Source of the DNA: Nitratiruptor sp. YY09-18
GTDB taxonomy: Bacteria > Campylobacterota > Campylobacteria > Campylobacterales > Nitratiruptoraceae
Direction: 5' to 3'
DNA: 32,000 nt
Assembly (NCBI RefSeq): GCF_016593235.1
Contig: NZ_AP023065.1
Span: 1,637,649 to 1,669,648 of the forward strand
Both the position numbers and the translations under genes were made by a program. The notes under the pieces were generated by a model. That model saw nothing but the letters and a program-made list of their open reading frames with translations, was not told the origin of the DNA and did no database searches. Positions 24,549 to 32,000 of the stretch are shown here, piece by piece. How positions within the stretch are numbered: position 1 is the stretch's first letter; each line of letters begins with the position of its first letter.

Positions 24549-25123
24549 TTTTGATCCTTTTGTCCATTTTGCTCAAGAAGTTGTTGCACCTTTTTATTAA
24601 ATGCTGCTATCTCGTCTGCAAGTTTTTTTAGCTGTGCATCACTCAAGCGTCTCACGAGTTGTACCATGAGAACATTTTTTCTCTTGCCTGATTTGAAATC
24701 TTGCAATTGCTTGTAAATATAAGCACCATCTTTACCTAAAAGCGATGGTCCAATAACTCCATTTGCATAATCATCATGACAAGCTGAGCAGTAGATGAGA
24801 AAATCTTTACTCAATTTATTTGCCCATAGGGAGATCTGCACCTTTTGATAGTTATTGACCACATGACGATATGCGCCTAGTCTTGTATATCTTCCTTCAT
24901 CCTCAACTCCCTCTTTTTGCTTTTTTTCTTCATTGTAAGAGTAATAAAATTCTCCCTTGTCAAGAGATTTCTTCTGCACTTTTTGCTCTTTGACTACACC
25001 CTCAGTTATTTTAATCTCGCCCTTGACTGCAGCCTGTTTTTCCTTTTGTTCTTTCTTTTCGCTACACCCACTCAACGCAAAAAGCAAGATGAGTGCGATT
25101 AAACTACTACCTATTTTCATCAT
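24545..25123 (-). CDS. nosC1: NosC1, lipoprotein monohaem cytochrome c
   Basis: Lipobox LSGCS, CSACH haem motif and the FKSGKRKN motif shared with NosC2. Confidence 0.8.
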   Translation of the reverse strand: MMKIGSSLIALILLFALSGCSEKKEQKEKQAAVKGEIKITEGVVKEQKVQKKSLDKGEFYYSYNEEKKQKEGVEDEGRYTRLGAYRHVVNNYQKVQISLWANKLSKDFLIYCSACHDDYANGVIGPSLLGKDGAYIYKQLQDFKSGKRKNVLMVQLVRRLSDAQLKKLADEIAAFNKKVQQLLEQNGQKDQK

Positions 25124-25125
25124 AA

Positions 25126-25908
25126 TTAAGCCTTTTTCCCATAAACCTCATCATAGGTTTTTCTTGGGATTATTTTGAGTACATCTGTAGGACAGAGCTC
25201 TACACAAGCCCCACACCCTACACATTTGCTTCTAATTTCTGGAATGTAACCATTTCCCTTTTTCACCATTCCTATAGCTAAAGATTGCTCAGGATAAGGA
25301 CAAAGATCTGCACAAATTGTACACTGCTTACCAACATAACTTTCTACTTTTTTCAAAAGCTCCACTTGCAGTGTTCGCTTTTCACTCGGATTTGGAATAT
25401 CAAAGACTTTTTTCTCTCTGCGCTCAGCTGGAGTCAAAACTTTTGTATGTTCAAATATGAGATCCCTCTCGCTCTTTGGAACCGGTTTGTTATTGAGGGC
25501 AAGACATGCACTCTCATTTGCAATGACAGCTACACCCATGTGTGTTTTGCGCACATCATCGGCATCTTCATGTTTGAGTGCACCACTTGGGCAAGCTAAA
25601 ATACATGGCAATGCTCTGCAAAGATAACAGCCTCTTTTGTCTGGATCGATATATGCTGTCCCAAGTCCAGCTTTGCCATTAACATCTTCCAACATGATCG
25701 CATCGTAAGGACACACTTGCAAACACTGCCCACATTTAATACATAAAGCTAAAAATTGGTGCTCTGGCATTGCTCCTGGGGGACGCAGTGGTGACTCTTC
25801 GCGTTGTAGCAACTCTTTTCCACCCCATACAGTACCAGCAGCAGCCAGACCAAGAACACCAAGTCCGATCATCTGCTTTACAAACTCTCTTCTTTTTTTG
25901 TCTTTCAT
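25126..25908 (-). CDS. nosG: NosG, NapG-like periplasmic poly-ferredoxin with Tat signal
   Basis: Twin-arginine motif KRREFVK and four Cys clusters (CIKCGQCLQVCP, CYLCRALPCILACP, CTICADLCP, CVGCGACVELCP). Confidence 0.85.
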   Translation of the reverse strand: MKDKKRREFVKQMIGLGVLGLAAAGTVWGGKELLQREESPLRPPGAMPEHQFLALCIKCGQCLQVCPYDAIMLEDVNGKAGLGTAYIDPDKRGCYLCRALPCILACPSGALKHEDADDVRKTHMGVAVIANESACLALNNKPVPKSERDLIFEHTKVLTPAERREKKVFDIPNPSEKRTLQVELLKKVESYVGKQCTICADLCPYPEQSLAIGMVKKGNGYIPEIRSKCVGCGACVELCPTDVLKIIPRKTYDEVYGKKA

Positions 25909-27122
25909 GATACCCCCTCTTCATGCATTAGCGGCTTAGGATCTGTAAGCAATTTAATAGGCTCTGAAAAAGGTGCCAGTTTATACAAAAAATTCAAAAT
26001 ACTAATAACCGGTGATCCATAAAAAAATCTGATGTTTGGATTGAGAAGCCAAAGCTTATCTGCATAATAGTAGAGCGTATAGGGCACATCGCCAATCCCA
26101 TCACCATCTTGATCAAAACCTTGATAGTCATCCCAGTAGTTTTCATACCATTTATTCATAACTGTATGAATGCGCCCTTGACCCGAATCGTCATAGACAT
26201 TCTCCATATTGCCTTTGAAGACATTCTGTGTAATTTCATTATCAGTACTCAATGAATGAAAATGCATCCCTATGGAGTTATATAAAATCTTGTTTCCAAC
26301 AATTTTGTTGCTTTGCCCCGGCTCAAAAGGGGATCTATCGATATACATTCCTTTCGCACAGTAAAGAATTGTATTGTTGCTTATTATAAAATTTGAAGCA
26401 TCTTTGAGCCCTATTCCTATACCGGTTGTACCCAAAGAGCTCATAATGGTATTGTTCTGTGCAATGGTGTCTCGCGAGTACATAAAAAATATCCCGACAC
26501 TATTGTGCTTATAGATATTTTTGCGCACAATATTTTTCCCTGCGTACATAAAATGCAAGCTATAGCGACCATACTCTCCGATATTGCCTTCAATGAGATT
26601 ACCATGGCTGTACCAAACCACAAAATCTCTCGATTTAAATAGATGATTATTTTTTAAAACATTATCATTGCTATACCATAGCCTCACCCCATCACCACGA
26701 ATGCCAAGAGGAAAAGGCTTTGAAGTGATATAGTTTCCGATGATTTTTGAATTTTTAACATTTTGCAAATCTATGCCAAAGAGGGAGTCAAGAATTTTGC
26801 AGTTGCGTATCTGTACAAAGGCAGCATCTTTTACTGAGATCCCAGCATCAATCTTTTCGTGCTCTTTTCCGCTATTGCGGATAGTGAGATCTTGCAAAAT
26901 TACATTGGAACTGCGAATCTTGATAACAGTCCCTCTCCCTTCCCCATCGATAATTGTATCGTGCCCCACTAGCATGAGCGGTTTATCTATTGTAATAGAA
27001 CCTTTGAGCACACCTTTTGGCAAATCCAATCTAGCCCCTGGTTTTGCTCTGTTGATCGCCTCTTGCAATATATTGGCGTGCAAAATAGCTCCGATACATA
27101 CTAGCAAGGCAACTCTGCGCAT
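25905..27122 (-). CDS. nosD: NosD, periplasmic right-handed beta-helix protein of the NosDFY copper/sulfur delivery system
   Basis: Signal peptide and repeated beta-helix units (IRNSG..., NNTI..., GIGIGLKDASN). Position between nosB and nosG supports the call. Confidence 0.88.
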   Translation of the reverse strand: MRRVALLVCIGAILHANILQEAINRAKPGARLDLPKGVLKGSITIDKPLMLVGHDTIIDGEGRGTVIKIRSSNVILQDLTIRNSGKEHEKIDAGISVKDAAFVQIRNCKILDSLFGIDLQNVKNSKIIGNYITSKPFPLGIRGDGVRLWYSNDNVLKNNHLFKSRDFVVWYSHGNLIEGNIGEYGRYSLHFMYAGKNIVRKNIYKHNSVGIFFMYSRDTIAQNNTIMSSLGTTGIGIGLKDASNFIISNNTILYCAKGMYIDRSPFEPGQSNKIVGNKILYNSIGMHFHSLSTDNEITQNVFKGNMENVYDDSGQGRIHTVMNKWYENYWDDYQGFDQDGDGIGDVPYTLYYYADKLWLLNPNIRFFYGSPVISILNFLYKLAPFSEPIKLLTDPKPLMHEEGVS

Positions 27123-27907
27123 TAAGCCTCTTTTTGTTTGAGATACTTGTTTTTTGAAATGATTGCTAAAAGCGTAAAGGCACTAATTGCCAAAAGGAGC
27201 CAAAAACCGATTGTAGGATAGGAGTGGGTGGTAAACTGCGCCACCTTTCCATCTCCAAAAACTGTCGGCATAAATGGCTTGATCTTAAATGCTCCCCAGT
27301 CGTGCATGTGGTGCCCAAACCAGTAAAGCCAGTAAGCGTAAAATCCTAAGAAAATCAGAGGCAGTGCCACTGCTATCCACATAATGTAATTAAGCCATTT
27401 CCAATCATAAAGAATAAACAGGACATATACAAATGCTAAGAGCACTAATACATATGGCGCGATCATTCTTAGATAGGGAGCACCCCTTTCCATCGGATCC
27501 ATACCGATAAAGTGGTTAATCGTATTCATCTCATGCACATCACCGCTAAAACCATCAAAATGGTAATACACAGGAATACCTTCAGGAAATGCATCTTTTG
27601 GATAGTTGGGAGCTTCAAGGGATACGTACCAAATCGGTGCGCTTGCTACGCCTATTTCAGCATTGTACTCTATCATTTTTTTAAGAATCGGATTTTTGTT
27701 TTTATCTAGCGCTTCAGGTGGTGTATTAGGACTTACGTAACGTCCTTTCATATAGTAATCCCACACTTTATAGGCTATTGGAGGAATCTTATCCGCCTTA
27801 CCTTGCTTTGCCAAATAGTTTACATCATGGGTTAAAACTGCAGGAATTACGAACCAGTACAGCAGTATTGCTAGCGCTATGAGAGCGTAGATTTGATACT
27901 TCTTCAT
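27122..27907 (-). CDS. nosB: NosB, integral membrane protein specific to clade II nos clusters
   Basis: Multi-TM protein directly downstream of nosZ and overlapping nosD (TAATG), as in the Wolinella-type cluster. Confidence 0.7.
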   Translation of the reverse strand: MKKYQIYALIALAILLYWFVIPAVLTHDVNYLAKQGKADKIPPIAYKVWDYYMKGRYVSPNTPPEALDKNKNPILKKMIEYNAEIGVASAPIWYVSLEAPNYPKDAFPEGIPVYYHFDGFSGDVHEMNTINHFIGMDPMERGAPYLRMIAPYVLVLLAFVYVLFILYDWKWLNYIMWIAVALPLIFLGFYAYWLYWFGHHMHDWGAFKIKPFMPTVFGDGKVAQFTTHSYPTIGFWLLLAISAFTLLAIISKNKYLKQKEA

Positions 27908-27937
27908 CTTCTCTTCCTTACATTGTGTAATGAGAAT

Positions 27938-27946
27938 ATCTTACCA
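27938..27946 (-). promoter_or_regulatory. Putative extended -10 (TGgTAAGAT) for nosB and the downstream nos genes
   Basis: The hexamer begins exactly 22 nt after the end of the 27966-27979 box on the minus strand and lies 30 nt upstream of ATG 27907. Confidence 0.45.
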
Positions 27947-27965
27947 CTTTTTTTACTAATTCTTT

Positions 27966-27979
27966 ATGATATATATCAA
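27966..27979 (-). promoter_or_regulatory. Crp/Fnr-type box TTGAT-ATAT-ATCAT (9/10 match) in the nosZ-nosB intergenic region
   Basis: The minus strand reads TTGATATATATCAT. It contains the perfect 12-bp palindrome TGATATATATCA (27967-27978). Its spacing to a -10 element is the same as for the perfect box at 19738-19751. Confidence 0.5.
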
Positions 27980-28090
27980 AAATTATCAAATTTTATTTTT
28001 ATTATTAGGATTAATTATTAAATAAAGTGCGGCAACATCGTAGCTCGAGAAAACAAACAATAAAAATAACCTTGAAATAACATATATTAA

Positions 28091-28106
28091 GAGGCCAAAA
28101 GGCCCC
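28091..28106 (-). terminator. Stem-loop 7 nt downstream of the nosZ stop; partial terminator or mRNA-stabilising hairpin
   Basis: The minus-strand RNA GGGGCC-UUUU-GGCCUC forms a 6-bp stem (one G-U) followed by the A/U-rich UUAAUAUAUGUUAUUU. It is the only GC-rich element in a 206-bp AT-rich gap. Confidence 0.4.
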
Positions 28107-28113
28107 TTATGCA

Positions 28114-30717
28114 TTAAAAGAGATTGGCGTTTTCGTCAACCCACTTGAGGTATTCGATGATATCTTTGATCTCTTGATCGCTCATATGCTGATTAGGCAT
28201 GCGGAGGTTGAAGTAGTCGATCATCGCTTTGACATATGGATCATTATATTTACTAGCAGGATTTTTGATAAATTCTGCCACCCATTTTTCACCGTTTTCA
28301 TGGCGTTTGAGAACACCTACAAGGTCTGGTCCAGAGCTTACTTTACCAATTACGTGACATCCGTTACATCCACCCTCTGCAAATGCAGCCTCACCACGTT
28401 TTGCAGCCTCACTCATTGGAGTTGCAAGTTTTTTCACAAGAAGGTCTTTTGCTCTAATTCCAACATCAGCAGTTTTTACAAGATATTGCCATGCTTGGTA
28501 TTGGAAGTTGATCGCAGTTTCAATGTCACCTTTTTTGAGTGCCTCTTCAGCTTTTTTCTCTTCAGCTGGCACTTTATTGAACTGATCCATAGCATCTTCA
28601 ACGAGCTGTTTTACAACAGGATATTTTTCATAGTGGTTCTCTTTGAGGAATTTCACTACACTTTGGATAACTTTTTTGGTAGCCTCGTTGAGTTTGACAG
28701 TTTTTTCATACTCTTTCATGAGCTGTTCTTTGCTCATTTTTTTGAGTTTGATCTTTTTGACAGATTTATATTTTTTATTTGGATCTTTTACAAGCAAGTA
28801 ACCCATCATCTCAAGGTGCAATGCAGAACAGAACTCTGTACAGTAGTAAGGGAACACACCTTCACGGTCTGCTTTGAATGTCACAGCTACAGTCTTTCCA
28901 GGCTCAAGTGATGCATGAACGTTGTACCAGTCCACTGTAAATCCATGTGTCTCATCTTCTGCACGCTCAAGGTTTGTGAGATAGAATGTGACAATATCAC
29001 CTTTATTCACAGTTACGTGCTCTGGGTTGATATGGCTTCTAACAAGCGTACCATATACATAGACATGATTACCTTTGCGAACAATTTTTTCTTGTCCAGC
29101 AAGAGTTTTTCCTTTATGGGTTTTTCCGGTAAATGGGTTGATTCCCATTGGATAACGCACTTCTGGATGGAGCTTGCTTGCGCGAATAGCAACTGCTTGG
29201 TGTGGTTCACCAAGTGGCACCGGCATATCGTAAAGGAGTTTCATCTTTTTCCCGCTTACATCGATTAACTGGTGGTTTTGTGGATGGAGTGGTCCGATCG
29301 GGTTGAATCTATCGATTGCCAATTTGTTAAGGGCAATAATATACTCGCCTTGCGGATCTTCAGTTTTTCCTTCCATACCACAGAGGTGTCCAATGTTATA
29401 GTTTACATTTACCCTATCTTTTACTTCACAAGTGAGATAGTTCCATTTAACTACTTGTGAGTCAACATAGAGTGAAGTATAGATTTCCCCCTCTGTTTTC
29501 CATTTTGGTCCAAACTGATTGTGAAGTGGTCCAAGGCCAAGCTCTGCTTGACAATGCATAGCTTTTTTCATATCAATAATAGGAATACCATATGGATCTT
29601 TACCCGCAAAATCGTGATTTTTCACCGCATTCATAATCTTTTTGAAGTCATACACAGTTGCATGGGTATCAAGCTTACCACATACTACAATGTAGCGTCC
29701 ATCTGGGCTTACATCAACACCATGTGGTGATTTTGGCTCTGGAATGAGGAAGAGACAATCATTTTTTACTGCAACCTCTATAGGAATAACTTTTATTCCA
29801 TTAATAATTTTCACATTTTTAGGATCTTTTGCAAGTTCAGCAAGTTTTCTCCAATTGTACACATGCAGATAGTCAGTGTCATTACGGCTCATCCCCGCTT
29901 CAAATGGAGGAAGACCTTTTTCAATACCACCTGTATACATTTCTGAGTTGAATGAGTTAGTAAATCCCCAGCCATAACTCATCTCTTTACCCGCATCACT
30001 CAAATCTTGCATATATGGCGGCATCTCAATGACGAATGATTCATCTTTAATGATGCGACCATTTTTATGATCAAATTTCCAACATGTCACCCCACCACGA
30101 TAGACATCAGCATACTCTTCCATCGGATGGTACTCATTATCAAAAGGTGCACCATATTGACACGCTTCTAGGATATATTCACTATTTGGTGTAAAGAATG
30201 CTCCACCATGATCAGATTTGAAAACAGGGTTTACAACTATTTGCTTTGTCACAAAGTCTTTGAGATCGATAATAGCAATTCTTGGGTTTGCTTTATCGTT
30301 GATTGCTAGCCATTTTCCATCATACACACCATTAGTTTCAGAAAGTGCTGGATGGTGCGTATCACCCCATGTTATCTGCTTACCTCTGTATTTCCCTTCA
30401 GCCAAAACTTTTTTTGTATCATCATCATATCCCCAACCTTGCCAAGGTTCTGGAGTAAAAACACCAATGAACTTTAATATACGCATCGATGGTACACCAT
30501 AGACCATAATCTGCCCAGACTGCCCTCCGGAACTAAATACAATATATTTATCCCTTCCTCCAGATGGGGTATAGGTTTTTGCTGCCGCAAGAATATCGTC
30601 TTGCGTCAACCCACGCTCTTTCATAATTTTTTCTAACTCACCTTGTGCAAATGAAACAGTAGAAACCAGTCCCGCCGCCGCCATAAGGCTTATCAGCCTT
30701 TTCATGACTTGATACAT
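28114..30717 (-). CDS. nosZ: Nitrous oxide reductase, clade II cNosZ type with a C-terminal monohaem cytochrome c domain
   Basis: Sec-type signal peptide with no twin arginine. CuA motif HGFTV...CTEFCSALHLEMMG. A C-terminal extension of about 200 aa ends with CNGCH and a distal Met. 867 aa. The SD aaaggagg lies 5 nt upstream of ATG 30717. Confidence 0.95.
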   Translation of the reverse strand: MYQVMKRLISLMAAAGLVSTVSFAQGELEKIMKERGLTQDDILAAAKTYTPSGGRDKYIVFSSGGQSGQIMVYGVPSMRILKFIGVFTPEPWQGWGYDDDTKKVLAEGKYRGKQITWGDTHHPALSETNGVYDGKWLAINDKANPRIAIIDLKDFVTKQIVVNPVFKSDHGGAFFTPNSEYILEACQYGAPFDNEYHPMEEYADVYRGGVTCWKFDHKNGRIIKDESFVIEMPPYMQDLSDAGKEMSYGWGFTNSFNSEMYTGGIEKGLPPFEAGMSRNDTDYLHVYNWRKLAELAKDPKNVKIINGIKVIPIEVAVKNDCLFLIPEPKSPHGVDVSPDGRYIVVCGKLDTHATVYDFKKIMNAVKNHDFAGKDPYGIPIIDMKKAMHCQAELGLGPLHNQFGPKWKTEGEIYTSLYVDSQVVKWNYLTCEVKDRVNVNYNIGHLCGMEGKTEDPQGEYIIALNKLAIDRFNPIGPLHPQNHQLIDVSGKKMKLLYDMPVPLGEPHQAVAIRASKLHPEVRYPMGINPFTGKTHKGKTLAGQEKIVRKGNHVYVYGTLVRSHINPEHVTVNKGDIVTFYLTNLERAEDETHGFTVDWYNVHASLEPGKTVAVTFKADREGVFPYYCTEFCSALHLEMMGYLLVKDPNKKYKSVKKIKLKKMSKEQLMKEYEKTVKLNEATKKVIQSVVKFLKENHYEKYPVVKQLVEDAMDQFNKVPAEEKKAEEALKKGDIETAINFQYQAWQYLVKTADVGIRAKDLLVKKLATPMSEAAKRGEAAFAEGGCNGCHVIGKVSSGPDLVGVLKRHENGEKWVAEFIKNPASKYNDPYVKAMIDYFNLRMPNQHMSDQEIKDIIEYLKWVDENANLF

Positions 30718-31044
30718 CGTTTCCTCCTTTTATAAGCGATTAACGCTGGGTTAACATTTACCAATTATAGAAGTAATTACTTAAAAAGAATCTTAATTTT
30801 TTAAAATTTTTATAAATAAATGAAGGGATCCTTATAAATCAAACCTTCGTTTAAGCTTGGAATAGCATGTTTATAACCTTTTGAAACATCCAAGAAATGC
30901 GGTAGTAGCGCTAGCTTAAAAACAAGAATACACAGGAATATTTTAAACTTATAGTAATTTTAATAATTGATATTATATATACAGATAGTATTGATTCGCT
31001 TTTATCTCCTTCTTTTCCGCATTCCTAGGGATTTTTATTAATCT

Positions 31045-31812
31045 TCATAAAATTTGAAACTCTATTTCATAATCTAAATTTTTTTCAAACCAGTTAAGCG
31101 TATCGCGAAGTTCAACTACTTTTCCGACTACTATGAGTGCAGGAGTAGGAAGGTCTTTTGCTTTTTCGTAGATATCTTCTAATGTACCGACAACAGTTTT
31201 TTGCTCAGGTGTTGTTCCTTTGGAGATAACTGCAATTGGATAGTCTTTAGGTTTTCCAATTTCGATAAGCTTCTTTGCTATTTCGTCAAGATTGTGCAAC
31301 CCCATCAAAAAAACGATAGTATCATCACTTTTGAAATTTTGCCATGGGATTTGGCTTACCTCTTTATTGGGAGCCTCATGACCCGTAACTACACGAAAGC
31401 CAACACTTACACCTCTATGCGTTACAGGAATTCCTGCATATGCAGGGACACTGATAGCTGAAGAAATTCCAGGAATTACCTCAAACTCAATTCCACGTTC
31501 ACGCAAATATTTCCCTTCCTCACCACCTCGTCCAAAGACAAAAGGGTCACCTCCTTTAAGACGCACCACAACATCTGCTTCTAAAGCCGCTTCATAGATA
31601 ACTTGATTGATTTGCTCTTGGGGAAGAATGTGTTTGCCATCCTCTTTGCCAACATAGATAAATTTACAACCATCTTTTGCCATTTTGAGGATTTGGGGAT
31701 TAGCAAGCCTATCGTAGATAATTATATCTGCCTCTTTAATTACACGTGCTGCTTTAAGTGTTAAAAGCTCGATATCACCAGGTCCTGCTCCGGTGAGATA
31801 GACTTTCCCCAT
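31045..31812 (-). CDS. cobA: Uroporphyrinogen-III C-methyltransferase (SUMT; CobA/NirE-like)
   Basis: VYLTGAGPGDIELLTLKA, VVRLKGGDPFVFGRGGEE and IPGISS are canonical SUMT motifs. ATG 31812 (aagga 6 nt upstream) is preferred over ATG 31830. Confidence 0.9.
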   Translation of the reverse strand: MGKVYLTGAGPGDIELLTLKAARVIKEADIIIYDRLANPQILKMAKDGCKFIYVGKEDGKHILPQEQINQVIYEAALEADVVVRLKGGDPFVFGRGGEEGKYLRERGIEFEVIPGISSAISVPAYAGIPVTHRGVSVGFRVVTGHEAPNKEVSQIPWQNFKSDDTIVFLMGLHNLDEIAKKLIEIGKPKDYPIAVISKGTTPEQKTVVGTLEDIYEKAKDLPTPALIVVGKVVELRDTLNWFEKNLDYEIEFQIL

Positions 31813-31870
31813 TACGCATCCTTTTTTCATAAATTATGATATTTTCTCCAGCAAAAAGGAATGATTCGTA

Positions 31871-32000
31871 TCAATTTCTATAGATGAATATTCCTGAAGG
31901 CTTAGGGACTGCAATACTAAAAATTGGCTTCCACTCTTTTATATCTACTCCAATCACTTCACTATTGCCATTATTGGAGACGTACAAAAGTGGCTCTTCA
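31871..32000 (-). CDS. 3' end of a gene truncated by the window edge; C-terminus resembles cytochrome cd1-type beta-propeller proteins (NirS/NirF/NirN family)
   Basis: The minus strand is open from the window edge to TGA (31873-31871): ...EEPLLYVSNNGNSEVIGVDIKEWKPIFSIAVPKPSGIFIYRN*. The V.D..T......I....P.G.F..N pattern resembles cd1-family C-termini. The haem d1 gene context supports the call. Confidence 0.4.
   Translation of the reverse strand, partial: EEPLLYVSNNGNSEVIGVDIKEWKPIFSIAVPKPSGIFIYRN

Noticed and set aside
810-27141. Many other 60-130-aa ORFs in the track nested in or antisense to annotated genes (for example 810-1121, 3908-4189, 6557-6910, 9396-9752, 13110-13439, 15006-15386, 20141-20509, 20890-21240, 22037-22378, 25285-25599, 26740-27141)
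   Set aside because: Each overlaps a gene with strong family-level motifs. None has a convincing SD or a recognisable domain. Their number and length are what an AT-rich sequence with long real genes produces by chance.
28174-28911. 245-aa plus-strand ORF antisense to the 3' part of nosZ
   Set aside because: It lies entirely inside a very well supported gene. This part of nosZ is rich in Lys/Glu codons (AAG/GAA), whose complements lack stop codons, so a long shadow ORF is expected. The predicted product is low-complexity and Phe/Leu-rich, with no SD.
30718-31044. Search for a Crp/Fnr box (TTGAT-N4-ATCAA) or a palindromic TTAAC-N4-GTTAA site upstream of nosZ
   Set aside because: The best candidates (TTGATTTATAAGGA; TTAAC-N6-TTAAC) fail on the second half-site or are direct rather than inverted repeats. 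No such operator is claimed.
1-32000. CRISPR arrays, tRNA/rRNA genes, transposases, integrases, prophage or toxin-antitoxin/defence genes
   Set aside because: I checked every intergenic region longer than 30 bp: 162-370, 1255-1323, 5448-5485, 7094-7206, 15428-15538, 16702-16765, 19694-19796, 27908-28113, 30718-31044 and 31813-31870. None has repeat-spacer structure or tRNA-like GC-rich arms. No ORF has transposase, integrase or known defence motifs.

Overview
AT-rich, very gene-dense chromosomal window with about 40 genes, many overlapping stop/start codons and almost no spacer DNA. The gene content suggests a thermophilic, denitrifying member of the Campylobacterota, Nitratiruptor/Nautiliales-like. 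This rests on a reverse gyrase gene plus a Wolinella-type clade II nos cluster and cannot be confirmed without a database search.

Left third:
- a truncated repeat-protein gene
- a small-protein / flavin-reductase-like / AmmeMemoRadiSam-type radical SAM trio
- a six-gene minus-strand operon: PPK2, SDR, membrane-anchored c-type haem-binding protein, OmpR-type response regulator, histidine kinase, SYLF-domain protein
- a lipoprotein solute-binding protein coupled to a PAS-GGDEF-EAL protein

Middle:
- reverse gyrase as the last gene of a tightly coupled kaiC-like ATPase / HTH protein / rgy operon
- upp, a cytoplasmic leucine-rich-repeat protein and pyruvate kinase

Right third:
- siroheme/haem d1 branch genes
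- a complete nosZ-B-D-G-C1-C2-H-F-L-Y-L nitrous oxide reductase cluster (20743-30717, minus strand)
- a cobA/nirE-like methyltransferase and a cd1-propeller-like gene fragment at the window edge

I saw no rRNA, tRNA, CRISPR array, transposase or integrase.

The signals I rate highest:
1. the kaiC-like/HTH/reverse gyrase operon; I know of no described partner for reverse gyrase
2. a mirror-symmetric divergent promoter centred on a perfect TTGAT-N4-ATCAA box, which also re-assigns one start codon
3. a second Crp/Fnr-type box with identical geometry plus a hairpin in the nosZ-nosB gap
4. an extra NosL paralogue with a Met/His-rich tail inserted between nosF and nosY

All promoter and operator calls come from reading the sequence only and are unverified.
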